Shown here piece after piece: positions 9,989-18,592 of a stretch of DNA of 41,194 nt. How positions within the stretch are numbered: the stretch's first letter is position 1; each line of letters opens with the position of its first letter. A model generated the notes under the pieces. It saw only the letters and a program-made list of their open reading frames with translations. It was not told where the DNA came from and did not search any database. Both the position numbers and the translations under genes were made by a program. This stretch comes from an uncultured Rhodospirillaceae bacterium (GTDB lineage: Bacteria; Pseudomonadota; Alphaproteobacteria; UBA7887): the NCBI GenBank assembly GCA_964611315.1, contig CAZSYW010000004.1:1-41194 (forward strand), written 5' to 3'.

Positions 9989-11596
9989 ATGAACGTTCTG
10001 CAGTCAACTCTCGATACGTCATCCAAGGAGTTCCAGGAAAATACGTCGCGCATGCGGCAATTAGTTGGAGATCTTCGAGGAAAGGTCCTGGAGGCGAGTA
10101 AGGGAGGAGGTGAGGCTGCTCGTGCTCGGCATCTGGAGCGCGGAAAACTTCTACCTCGTGACCGGGTGGACCAACTGCTTGACCCTGGGGCACCGTTTCT
10201 TGAGTTGTCAGTGTTAGCCGCGCACGGCATGTATGGAGGTGACGCGCCGGCTGGTAGCCTTATTACTGGGATAGGCCGTGTTAGCGGCATTGAGTGCATG
10301 ATTATTGCGAATGACGCTACGGTCAAAGGTGGAACTTATTTTCCAATCACGGTGAAAAAACATCTCCGTGCGCAGGAGATTGCACAACAGAATCGATTGC
10401 CGTGTATCTATCTGGTTGATTCAGGAGGAGCCAATCTTCCGTATCAAGCAGAGGCATTCGCGGACCAACGACACTTTGGTCGTGGCTTTTACAACCAGGC
10501 AACAATGTCAGCTGAAGGGATACCGCAGATAGCGGTAGTGATGGGGAGTTGCACAGCTGGTGGGGCTTACGTTCCGGCAATGTCAGATGAGTGTATAATC
10601 GTTCGCGGACAGGGTACTATTTTTTTGGGTGGCCCACCTCTGGTAAAAGCAGCCACCGGTGAAGAGGTTAGTGCGGAGGAACTCGGTGGCGCCGACATTC
10701 ATGCCCGCACTTCGGGCGTGGTTGATCATTATGCTGTTGATGACATACATGCCCTAGCGATTGCTAGGCATATCGTTGGCAACCTTGGAGACAAAAAAAA
10801 TCCTAACCAACGTCCCAGGCTGCCGATTATGCCAAAGTATGAAGCGTTGGACCTTTACGGGTTGATTCCACCGGATTTGAGGCAACCATTTGAAGTGCGC
10901 GAGGTGATTGCTCGCTTAGTTGATGGTAGCGAATTTGATGAATTTAAGCAGCTGTATGGCCAGACTTTAGTCACCGGCTTTGCGCGTTTGGCCGGTTATT
11001 CCGTTGGCATTGTCGCGAATAACGGTATCTTGTTTTCCGAATCTGCTCTCAAGGGTGCTCACTTTATCGAGCTTTGTTGTCAGCGCCGGGTGCCGCTCGT
11101 GTTTTTGCAGAACATCAATGGTTTTATGGTAGGAAAAAAGTACGAGGCCGGTGGGATAGCCAAGGATGGTGCCAAGCTGGTTACTGCCGTAGCCTGCGCC
11201 CAAGTTCCTAAATTTACCGTTATTATCGGTGGGAGTTTTGGTGCCGGTAACTACGCCATGTGCGGGAGAGCCTATGACCCGAGATTTCTGTGGATGTGGC
11301 CGAACGCTAGGATCTCTGTGATGGGAGGTGAGCAAGCGGCCAATGTCCTCGCGACCGTCCGGGGAGACAGCCTAGTTAAACGGGGTGAAACCTGGACTCC
11401 GGTGCAGGAAGAAGAGTTCAAGGCTCCCATTTTGAGTCAATATGAAGAAGAGGGGAACCCATACTATGCTACAGCGAGGCTGTGGGATGACGGGGTGATA
11501 GACCCGGTAGAGACACGAACTGTTCTATCATTGGCGATCTCTGCGGCGTTTAATGCTCCTATTCCTGAGACTCGATTTGGAGTTTTCCGGATGTAA
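9989..11596 (+). CDS. mccB: Methylcrotonoyl-CoA carboxylase, carboxyltransferase (beta) subunit
   Basis: It has the acyl-CoA carboxyltransferase fold ([52 protein letters not shown]) and is paired with a biotin-carboxylase subunit downstream. The ATG at 9989 is preferred over the upstream TTG at 9965. Confidence 0.85.
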   Translation: MNVLQSTLDTSSKEFQENTSRMRQLVGDLRGKVLEASKGGGEAARARHLERGKLLPRDRVDQLLDPGAPFLELSVLAAHGMYGGDAPAGSLITGIGRVSGIECMIIANDATVKGGTYFPITVKKHLRAQEIAQQNRLPCIYLVDSGGANLPYQAEAFADQRHFGRGFYNQATMSAEGIPQIAVVMGSCTAGGAYVPAMSDECIIVRGQGTIFLGGPPLVKAATGEEVSAEELGGADIHARTSGVVDHYAVDDIHALAIARHIVGNLGDKKNPNQRPRLPIMPKYEALDLYGLIPPDLRQPFEVREVIARLVDGSEFDEFKQLYGQTLVTGFARLAGYSVGIVANNGILFSESALKGAHFIELCCQRRVPLVFLQNINGFMVGKKYEAGGIAKDGAKLVTAVACAQVPKFTVIIGGSFGAGNYAMCGRAYDPRFLWMWPNARISVMGGEQAANVLATVRGDSLVKRGETWTPVQEEEFKAPILSQYEEEGNPYYATARLWDDGVIDPVETRTVLSLAISAAFNAPIPETRFGVFRM

Positions 11597-11798
11597 GGAA
11601 TTGTGTGCCAATGCCGGGCGTCAGGTCATGCCCGCACCATGGTGACTATTAAAAACAAATGGAGAATCATAATTGTTAGGTGACTTTTTTCCATATTTTT
11701 GATGTGTTGGGCTTCGCTGGTTGATTTCTCCTAACGCCACTGACGGGTTTTTAGTTAGTTAGTTGTACAGGTCGTGAGATTTTGAGGGTTTGAGAGTA

Positions 11799-12266
11799 AT
11801 GGCGGGTCTAACAAAGAGTCCTGAACCGAGGGTGTTAGGGCGTAAGGTGGCGCTCCCTGATAGTCCCGAGCAGGCGGTGCTTGACCGGATAGCGAATGAA
11901 AACAGCGCCCATAAATTCACTGTACGGTTTACTTGTCCAGAATTTACAGCTCTCTGTCCCATTACCGGTCAGCCGGATTTCGCCCACTTTGTGCTCGATT
12001 ATATTCCAGGGGATTGGTTGATAGAGAGCAAGTCACTTAAGTTGTATTTTTCCTCCTTTCGGAATGTCGGCGTGTTCCATGAAAATTGCACGGTTATGAT
12101 TGCAAGGCGTGTGGTCGATGAATTTGCGCCGGCATGGTTGAGGCTGTCCGGATTTTGGTACCCGCGTGGTGGTATGCCGATCGACGTCTGGTATCAGACG
12201 TCCTTGCCGCCGAACGATATGTATATTCCTGGCCCCGGGGTGCCCCCTTACAGGGGGAGGGGATAA
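11799..12266 (+). CDS. queF: NADPH-dependent 7-cyano-7-deazaguanine (preQ0) reductase, unimodular type
   Basis: It has the catalytic Cys context [13 protein letters not shown] and the QueF motif ESKSLKLYF. The length of about 155 aa fits. The ATG at 11799 is preceded by GAGGG. The stop TAA shares one base with the mccA ATG (TAATG). Confidence 0.85.
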   Translation: MAGLTKSPEPRVLGRKVALPDSPEQAVLDRIANENSAHKFTVRFTCPEFTALCPITGQPDFAHFVLDYIPGDWLIESKSLKLYFSSFRNVGVFHENCTVMIARRVVDEFAPAWLRLSGFWYPRGGMPIDVWYQTSLPPNDMYIPGPGVPPYRGRG

Positions 12267-14266
12267 TGTTCAAAACTGTGCTGGTCGCAAACCGGGGCGA
12301 GATCGCATGTAGGATTATTGCGACCGCACGTAAATTGGGTATTCATACGATCGCGGTTTACTCAGATGCCGATGTGAGTGCCCGTCACGTCCATTTAGCA
12401 GATATTGCATACAGAGTGGGTGCCGCCCCCGCTGCCGAAAGCTACCTGCACATTGACTCATTGCTTGACGTAGCGAGGCGTTCGGGCGCGGAGTCGATTC
12501 ATCCGGGCTACGGTTTTTTGGCAGAAGATGGTGATTTCGCGCAGGCTTGCGTAGATGGTGGGTTCACGTTCATCGGTCCATCGCCTGAAGCGATTCGTTT
12601 GATGGGTGCCAAGGACGAGGCAAAACGTCTAATGGCCAATGCAGGGCTGCCAGTGATACCCGGCTGTGATGTATTAAATGTAGATCTGAAACTAATTTTG
12701 GCGGAGGCGCGGAATATTGGCTATCCGCTGATGATTAAGGCCGTCGCCGGTGGTGGCGGTCGCGGCATGCGAGTCGTTGGTGATGAGTTGGAACTTCAGG
12801 AGGGGCTGCAGGCCGCCCGCCGAGAAGCTATGACGGCCTTTGGAAATGATCGGTTGTTGCTGGAAAAATATTTCCCCGATCCGCGTCATATAGAGGTTCA
12901 AATTTTCGCGGACCAACATGGTGGCACTGTTCATCTGTTCGAGCGGGATTGCTCCGTTCAACGTCGCTATCAGAAAGTAATTGAGGAGGCGCCAGGGTCT
13001 GCTGTTAGTGCAGAACTGCGTCGGCATTTAACCGATGCAGCTCTCGTTGCTGCAAAGACAATAGACTATGTGGGTGCTGGTACTGTCGAATTCGTGGTTG
13101 ATCGTCGGGATAAATTTTACTTTTTAGAGATGAATACGCGAATTCAGGTGGAGCACCGGGTTACTGAAATGCTTACTCGCCAGGATTTAGTGGAATGGCA
13201 GTTCCTGGTCGCATCTGGTGAACCACTTCCGATGAGTCAGGATCAGATAGTTCTTGACGGTCACGCGATTGAAGCGCGTCTCTATGCGGAAAATCCGGCT
13301 CGTCGGTTTCTCCCTTCTCCTGGACTGATAACACATTTGCTGTTGCCAAAGAACAAACCGGGGGTATGTGTTGATACCGCCGTAGCTTCGGGGGATGAGG
13401 TAACACCTTATTACGATGCGATGATCGCAAAAATTGTAACGTGGGGTGTTGACCGAAATGCTGCATTACATTCGTTGGGTCAGGCTTTAAATGAAACACA
13501 AGTAATTGGTGTATCGACTAATCTAAACTTATTATCGAAAATTGTGGGGCATCGAGAATTCGCTGAGGGCGGCTACGACACTGGTTTCATTGAAAGACAT
13601 CAAAGTGAGCTAATTTCAGGACCCGAACCAGCATCGGACTTGGTTATAGGATTGGCCATACTGTACCTGCTTTTGAGGCGCGAAAAACAAGCGCTCGAGG
13701 CAGCGATGTATACTCCAGATCCCTACTCTCCTTGGGCTAGGAGTGATGGGTGGCGTCTCAATCTTTTGGCAAGCGAAACAATTCAGTTAAAGGACGGGAA
13801 CCGCAATTTAGATGTGCAAGTAACGTCAGAGTCAGGGGAATATCGCCTAGAAATGTTAGAGCGTTTTCTGTTGGTGAAGGGAACTTTGCGTGGTGAGCAT
13901 GACCTTGACGCAGTGTTAGGAGGTATGCGGGTGCGGGGCACTGTCGTGGACGTTGAAAATGCATTGAATGTTTGGTTAGACGGCGAGACTTATCAGTTGC
14001 ATGTTTATGATCCACTATCAACGGTGGGCACTTATCATGCCCATGGTGGAGATCTTGTTTCACCAATGCCCGGTCGAGTTACGCGGATCACGGTGAAAGA
14101 AGGGGTTGATGTCACCCCCGGGGCCTCGCTAATGGTGCTTGAGGCAATGAAAATGGAACACCGCATAACTGCGCCGAGTGCGGGCCGGATCGAGCGGCTT
14201 AATTTCGCGGTTGGAGATTGGGTCGAGGAAGGTTCGGTGTTGTTGGATTTTGTGCCAGCAAAGTGA
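12266..14266 (+). CDS. mccA: Methylcrotonoyl-CoA carboxylase, biotin carboxylase + biotin carrier (alpha) subunit
   Basis: It has a canonical N-terminus ([18 protein letters not shown]) and an ATP-grasp domain (MIKAVAGGGGRGMR). The C-terminal biotinyl domain carries EAMKMEH. The longer ORF from 12134 is rejected because it overlaps queF. Confidence 0.9.
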   Translation: MFKTVLVANRGEIACRIIATARKLGIHTIAVYSDADVSARHVHLADIAYRVGAAPAAESYLHIDSLLDVARRSGAESIHPGYGFLAEDGDFAQACVDGGFTFIGPSPEAIRLMGAKDEAKRLMANAGLPVIPGCDVLNVDLKLILAEARNIGYPLMIKAVAGGGGRGMRVVGDELELQEGLQAARREAMTAFGNDRLLLEKYFPDPRHIEVQIFADQHGGTVHLFERDCSVQRRYQKVIEEAPGSAVSAELRRHLTDAALVAAKTIDYVGAGTVEFVVDRRDKFYFLEMNTRIQVEHRVTEMLTRQDLVEWQFLVASGEPLPMSQDQIVLDGHAIEARLYAENPARRFLPSPGLITHLLLPKNKPGVCVDTAVASGDEVTPYYDAMIAKIVTWGVDRNAALHSLGQALNETQVIGVSTNLNLLSKIVGHREFAEGGYDTGFIERHQSELISGPEPASDLVIGLAILYLLLRREKQALEAAMYTPDPYSPWARSDGWRLNLLASETIQLKDGNRNLDVQVTSESGEYRLEMLERFLLVKGTLRGEHDLDAVLGGMRVRGTVVDVENALNVWLDGETYQLHVYDPLSTVGTYHAHGGDLVSPMPGRVTRITVKEGVDVTPGASLMVLEAMKMEHRITAPSAGRIERLNFAVGDWVEEGSVLLDFVPAK

Positions 14267-14448
14267 GCCACGTGCAAATTCAAGTGCCGGTGTGCACCTG
14301 AAATAAGGCGGTCTCATGTTCCAGTAGTCTTGCGCTCTTTGTCGCATGGGTCGGGTCCACCAAAAGGTACCTTAGGGTTGGCAAGGGTTGTGTTTTGGAG
14401 TTTCTATTAGAAGGGTGGTTGTGTGGGGTTACCACATTAAGGCGGGGT

Positions 14449-14886
14449 ATGGCGCTTCATATTTTAAAGATGGCCGTTGGAGTAGAAAATGTTGAACATT
14501 TGTGTCGTCTTCAGGGACGGCGGCTCCGTGTCATGGCCGAGGCGGGTAATCCGCAAATTTTGCGGCATTGGACTCGCAATAAGCCTAAACGTGCGGAGGA
14601 AATACAAGCCGGCGGCTCGTTGTACTGGATTATCAAGGGTTATGTTCGCGCTCGTCAACGCATAGTCGCGATTGAACGGAGCAAGGATCGTGAGGCGAGT
14701 AAAAAGTGCGCTTTCGTTCTAGATCCGACAGTAGTGCGGACGGTGCTGCGAGCAGCGCGTCCCATGCAAGGTTGGCGCTATCTGGAAACTAGCTCTGCAC
14801 CATTGGACGAAAAAAATGATTCGAAAGAGCTAGTCGATATCCCAGAGGAAATGGCTAGGGAACTGCGTGGCTTGGGATTGATATAA
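14449..14886 (+). CDS. Conserved hypothetical protein, DUF1489-like
   Basis: The N-terminus MALHILKMAVGVENVEHL and the length of about 145 aa match my memory of this alphaproteobacterial family of unknown function. The ATG at 14449 is preferred over the upstream TTG. Confidence 0.5.
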   Translation: MALHILKMAVGVENVEHLCRLQGRRLRVMAEAGNPQILRHWTRNKPKRAEEIQAGGSLYWIIKGYVRARQRIVAIERSKDREASKKCAFVLDPTVVRTVLRAARPMQGWRYLETSSAPLDEKNDSKELVDIPEEMARELRGLGLI

Positions 14887-15228
14887 CCTGGGTATTAACT
14901 TTTTTTAAAACAAAGCAAATTGCAATCGAGGGTAAGAAGGAGTCGCATTCTCATTATAGTGGATTAGACTTATTTGCTGCTGCTAGCCACTCGTGTCGGT
15001 GGGCGGTACATGTGCTGTCCAACGTTGCATCATGGCGTTCACCAATAGTGAGATGTTCTTCGGACAAAAATGTTGTCCCCTTCCGGTAAAGCATTCCATA
15101 AAGGGCTCAGTGAATGGAGGGATGGCGCATTTGGAGCTGTAGGTATAAGGAGTTCCGAGATCGTTTGGGTTCGCCTTTCTATGGCAATATTTTCGTGTGT
15201 TTTGAATTAATACATTAGGGAGAAAATT

Positions 15229-15738
15229 ATGGTGAGGGTGAATTTGTGGAAGGGCATAAGCGCCTTTGTTTTTGGACTTGTAATAGCGGGAGCAGCCCAG
15301 GCTTTAGAAACAAAGCCGACTCTGACGCTCGAGATGGCAAAAAAAATTGCAGATGCTTGCGAGGCCTTGCAGCAGGAAAATGGGTTTAGTCCTATAATAA
15401 TTGCAATTCAAGATGACGGTGGGAACACGAAGTTAATGCGCCGTCAGGATAACGCGTTTTTGGGAAGTATTTTGATTGCAGAAATGAAAGCGACCACTTC
15501 ATCGAGCTTTCCGTTTCCGTCCCGACTCTTCGGCGAGATAGCTTATGGCAAGGATGGTGAGCCAGGCCGAGCTCCTGGTATCGCAGAGGTCTCTGGGCAT
15601 GCAGCTTTTCCTGGCGGCCTCCCGATACTCACCAAGGATGGAGCTCATATTGGGAGCGTAGGAGTCAGTGGTGCGACCGCAGACGAAGATGAGCAGTGTG
15701 CGCAGGCAGGTATTGATGCGGTTGCGGATATGCTATAG
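15229..15738 (+). CDS. Secreted GlcG/HbpS-like (DUF336) putative heme-binding protein
   Basis: A signal peptide is present (ISAFVFGLVIAGAAQA|LE). DUF336 blocks are present (LTLEMAKKIADAC, GGLPI...G..IGSVGVSGATADEDEQCAQAGI). An AGGGAG RBS lies upstream. Confidence 0.7.
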   Translation: MVRVNLWKGISAFVFGLVIAGAAQALETKPTLTLEMAKKIADACEALQQENGFSPIIIAIQDDGGNTKLMRRQDNAFLGSILIAEMKATTSSSFPFPSRLFGEIAYGKDGEPGRAPGIAEVSGHAAFPGGLPILTKDGAHIGSVGVSGATADEDEQCAQAGIDAVADML

Positions 15739-15830
15739 CGCGTACTGTTGGGAATAAGGTGCGGGGTGGTCCTTGGCATTACAGCCGGGGACCCCTAACC
15801 AAGACTAACGTTAAATTACTGTTGCTATGG

Positions 15831-16418
15831 TTAGCGCGTCACAAAACGCGAAAGGGCGTGCCACTGTTGGGAGTCCCAATAGCGGCGTGCCGCTCCGGAC
15901 GTTGAGGGCAGTACAAAAATGTTCGTATTATTTATTTGTTCAGGCTGTAGACCGTATTTTACTGGATGCTCGAGGAAGGCGCGTGCCGGGGCTTTTCCAT
16001 TAAATGCTAGAACTGAGGGGGAAAATGTCTCGATTAAACCTCTCAAACGAGTGGAGTCGTAGGCCTTAACACTCAGCGAGCTGTCGGGCCCAAAAGTATT
16101 TTTAGCTAAATCCGTCAGGCCCAGCCCGTAAACCAGCGAACACTTAAATTCGATCGGCTGAAGAATTCTCGGGGTCAAGCCAGTTTCATGGAGAGTTGGC
16201 CAGAAACGGTTGCCTGGGCCAGCAAAGTAAGCTCCAAGCAGGGCGGATTTTGTTCCCGCAGCGCTGCCGCAAAACAATACACGTAGTCCATGGGCGATAA
16301 CATCCGGCAAAATTGACGCTGTACCTTCCGAGTTACGTTGATGGGAAAACCTTTGCAACCGTCCAGCCAAATGTTTTAGTAGGTGCCAGATGTCATAAGA
16401 GCGTAGTCCCGCCATCAA
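15831..16418 (-). CDS. mug: G/U mismatch-specific uracil-DNA glycosylase (Mug / UDG family 2)
   Basis: It has the blocks GLRVLFCGSAAG, GNRFWPTL, LGLTDL and LPSTSGAA. The annotated start overlaps the upstream SDR by 26 nt, so the true start may be internal. Confidence 0.7.
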   Translation of the reverse strand: MMAGLRSYDIWHLLKHLAGRLQRFSHQRNSEGTASILPDVIAHGLRVLFCGSAAGTKSALLGAYFAGPGNRFWPTLHETGLTPRILQPIEFKCSLVYGLGLTDLAKNTFGPDSSLSVKAYDSTRLRGLIETFSPSVLAFNGKAPARAFLEHPVKYGLQPEQINNTNIFVLPSTSGAARRYWDSQQWHALSRFVTR

Positions 16419-17157
16419 CCATGAGAGTTTGGCCAGTCACGAATCGACTTGCATCGCTAGCCAAATAGACAACTTGGCCCGCAATGTCGGAGGGTTCTAG
16501 GGTGCCGCGGAGTGATTGGTTGGCCCGGATTACCTCGGTTGCATGTTCAAATTTATCGCCAAAAAAATCTCTTGTCCCTTCCGTGTCAACTGCGCTTGGT
16601 GCAATAGCATTAACGCGAATCCAATGCCGGCCAAGTTCTCGTGCAAGGCCCCGTGTGATCCCAATGACCGCAGCCTTTGAAGCCGTGTAATGAAGGCAAA
16701 ATGGAAGCCCGTAGGTGGCTGCAAGTGACGCCATGTTTATTATGCTTCCGCCGCCATTTTCACGCATTGTTGGTGCCACTGCACGACAACAATTCCATAC
16801 GCCCTTGACATTGACGGCCATGCAGCGGTCCCATTCATCCTCCGTTAGTTTATCAAAGGGGGCGCTTGTGAGGTTTGCGTAGAGCGCGGCATTATTCACG
16901 AGAATATCAATTCGTCCGTGGTCTTCCACGACGCGGCCTACCATGTCTTCCAGGGATTTTTGGTCGGTCACGTCCGCTTGATACGAAGTGGCAGAGCCTT
17001 CATTGTTCTCTATCTCTGCTACTGTTTCCTCGCAAGTGTTTTGATCGGCGGCTACCAGTATTGCTCCTGCACGGGCTAATTCACATGAAAACATTTTCCC
17101 AAGACCACGAGCCGCACCTGTAACAATCGCAACTTTTCCCTCTAACGTGCGTGTCAT
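16393..17157 (-). CDS. SDR family oxidoreductase (FabG-like)
   Basis: It has TGAARGLG, NNAA and a catalytic YTASK. Confidence 0.8.
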   Translation of the reverse strand: MTRTLEGKVAIVTGAARGLGKMFSCELARAGAILVAADQNTCEETVAEIENNEGSATSYQADVTDQKSLEDMVGRVVEDHGRIDILVNNAALYANLTSAPFDKLTEDEWDRCMAVNVKGVWNCCRAVAPTMRENGGGSIINMASLAATYGLPFCLHYTASKAAVIGITRGLARELGRHWIRVNAIAPSAVDTEGTRDFFGDKFEHATEVIRANQSLRGTLEPSDIAGQVVYLASDASRFVTGQTLMVDGGTTLL

Positions 17158-17514
17158 TATGTTCTCCTATTGTGCAGCAAAGTAGCGTTGGTCCAAATAG
17201 TAGACCGAAGGCACTAGCTGAGATGTTACAACAAAAAAGATTTATGAGATCTCCGGTGGGGTCCCTAGCGAAAGCTGATTGAACTACCTTAGAGGCAAAA
17301 TGGTCCCCTTAGTGGGGAATTGCCACGTTATTTCAATATAGTACAAGATATTTTATACTTCGGTCATAGCATCTTGAAGGCATATTGATAAAAACAATTC
17401 TATCTATAGCTAGCGTTACAGCCCCTAAAACCAATAAGAAGTCTCGTCGCCTGCGCTTCTGTGGTGCGGGCGATGCGATCAGTCCAACCATTTTGTTTTG
17501 GAAAGGACAAGACT

Positions 17515-17589
17515 ATGTGGACAACTCCTGTCGTACGTGAGATCGCTGTTGGCCTAGAGATCAACTGCTACGCTTGCGCCGATCTCTAA
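17515..17589 (+). CDS. pqqA: Pyrroloquinoline quinone precursor peptide PqqA (24 aa: MWTTPVVREIAVGLEINCYACADL)
   Basis: I translated this by hand; it is below the size cut-off of the ORF track. It has the conserved MW.P...E...G.E...Y pattern with the Glu-x3-Tyr pair (E15, Y19). An AAAGGA RBS lies 7 nt upstream. It sits directly upstream of pqqB. Confidence 0.85.
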   Translation: MWTTPVVREIAVGLEINCYACADL

Positions 17590-17592
17590 GCT

Positions 17593-17609
17593 TGATCAGT
17601 GATTGATCA
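17593..17609 (+). promoter_or_regulatory. Short hairpin/palindrome pair TGATCA-GTGAT-TGATCA in the pqqA-pqqB spacer
   Basis: Two copies of the self-complementary hexamer TGATCA are separated by 5 nt. The element begins 4 nt after the pqqA stop. Confidence 0.3.
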
Positions 17610-17662
17610 TTAAACGGTCATTCGCCGGCGGATCGCGCTTGTGGTTTTCTGGATGTATTTCC

Positions 17663-18592
17663 GTGAGAATCATAGTTTTGGGCGCGGCCGCCGGGGGTGG
17701 CTATCCCCAGTGGAACTGTAATCATCCAAATAGCCGCCGCGCGCGCAGCAGTGATCCTGCAGCAAGCCAACGGACGCAGTCGTCGATAGCGGTCAGTATT
17801 AAAGGCGAGCGCTGGTTTCTTTTCAACGCTTCTCCAGATCTGCGGCAGCAGATTGGTGAAAATGAGGTGCTGCAACCGAGTCAAGGGCTTCGCCACAGCC
17901 CTATTCAAGGTGTGGTGTTGACCAACGCCGACGTTGACCATATCGCTGGTTTATTAAACCTCCGCGAATCGCAACCGTTGTGTCTGTATGGCACAAACAA
18001 AGTGCTGAACGTCCTGCAGGCCAACAGTATCTTTAACGTGCTTAACCCGAAATTTGTTCAACGAAACACGCTGGTACTTGACGAACCGATTGAGCTTTGT
18101 TCGTTCGATGGGGGTGCGAGTGGCATTGTCGTTGTGCCATTTTCTGTACCAGGTAAGGTTGCACTTTGGCTTGAAGGCGACGCTGAGGAAGTTGAGTTGG
18201 CGGCTGTTGGTGAGGACACAATAGCGTTAGAGGTCCAGAATTCGGCCGGTGAAGTTCAATTTTTTTATATCCCTGGATGTGCAGAAATGACGGAGGAGTT
18301 GGCGGATCGCCTATCTGGTGCACCACTGGTGTTGTTTGATGGTACCCTATGGCGTGATGATGAGATGATTCGCGAAAACGTGGGCGTTAAGACAGGCAAG
18401 CGCATGGGTCATATGAGTCTTTCTGGTGAGGACGGGACAATCGCTGCGTTTGAAAATTTACAGGTGACGAGGAAAATTTTTATTCACATCAACACTACGA
18501 ATCCAGTTTTATTGGAGGATAGTGAGGAACGTGCGCTCGCAACCAAGGCGGGCTGGGAGGTATCCTATGACGGGATGGAGATAGTCTTGTGA
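17663..18592 (+). CDS. pqqB: PQQ biosynthesis protein B (metallo-beta-lactamase fold)
   Basis: From the GTG at 17663, VRIIVLGAAAGGGYPQWNCN aligns with the canonical PqqB N-terminus (M.IKVLGSAAGGGFPQWNCNC). RTQSS and NASPD blocks and DVDHIAGLL are present. Confidence 0.85.
   Translation: MRIIVLGAAAGGGYPQWNCNHPNSRRARSSDPAASQRTQSSIAVSIKGERWFLFNASPDLRQQIGENEVLQPSQGLRHSPIQGVVLTNADVDHIAGLLNLRESQPLCLYGTNKVLNVLQANSIFNVLNPKFVQRNTLVLDEPIELCSFDGGASGIVVVPFSVPGKVALWLEGDAEEVELAAVGEDTIALEVQNSAGEVQFFYIPGCAEMTEELADRLSGAPLVLFDGTLWRDDEMIRENVGVKTGKRMGHMSLSGEDGTIAAFENLQVTRKIFIHINTTNPVLLEDSEERALATKAGWEVSYDGMEIVL

Noticed and set aside
9889-10326. 145-aa minus-strand ORF overlapping the mccB 5' end
   Set aside because: It lies antisense to a well-supported carboxyltransferase gene. 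The translation is Pro/Arg/Ser-rich with no motif.
11597-11798. preQ1 riboswitch upstream of queF
   Set aside because: I could not find the compact preQ1 aptamer hairpin/pseudoknot signature. I know of such riboswitches mainly upstream of queCDEF or queT operons in Firmicutes. Only a weak CGGGC/GCCCG stem and a CACCATGGTG palindrome are present.
12134-12265. N-terminal extension of the mccA ORF (710-aa version)
   Set aside because: Biotin carboxylase similarity begins exactly at [14 protein letters not shown] (ATG 12266). The extension overlaps the 3' end of queF in another frame.
17603-17662. Upstream TTG start giving a 329-aa PqqB
   Set aside because: The canonical PqqB N-terminus aligns with the GTG at 17663. 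The extension would run through the pqqA-pqqB hairpin region and has no RBS.
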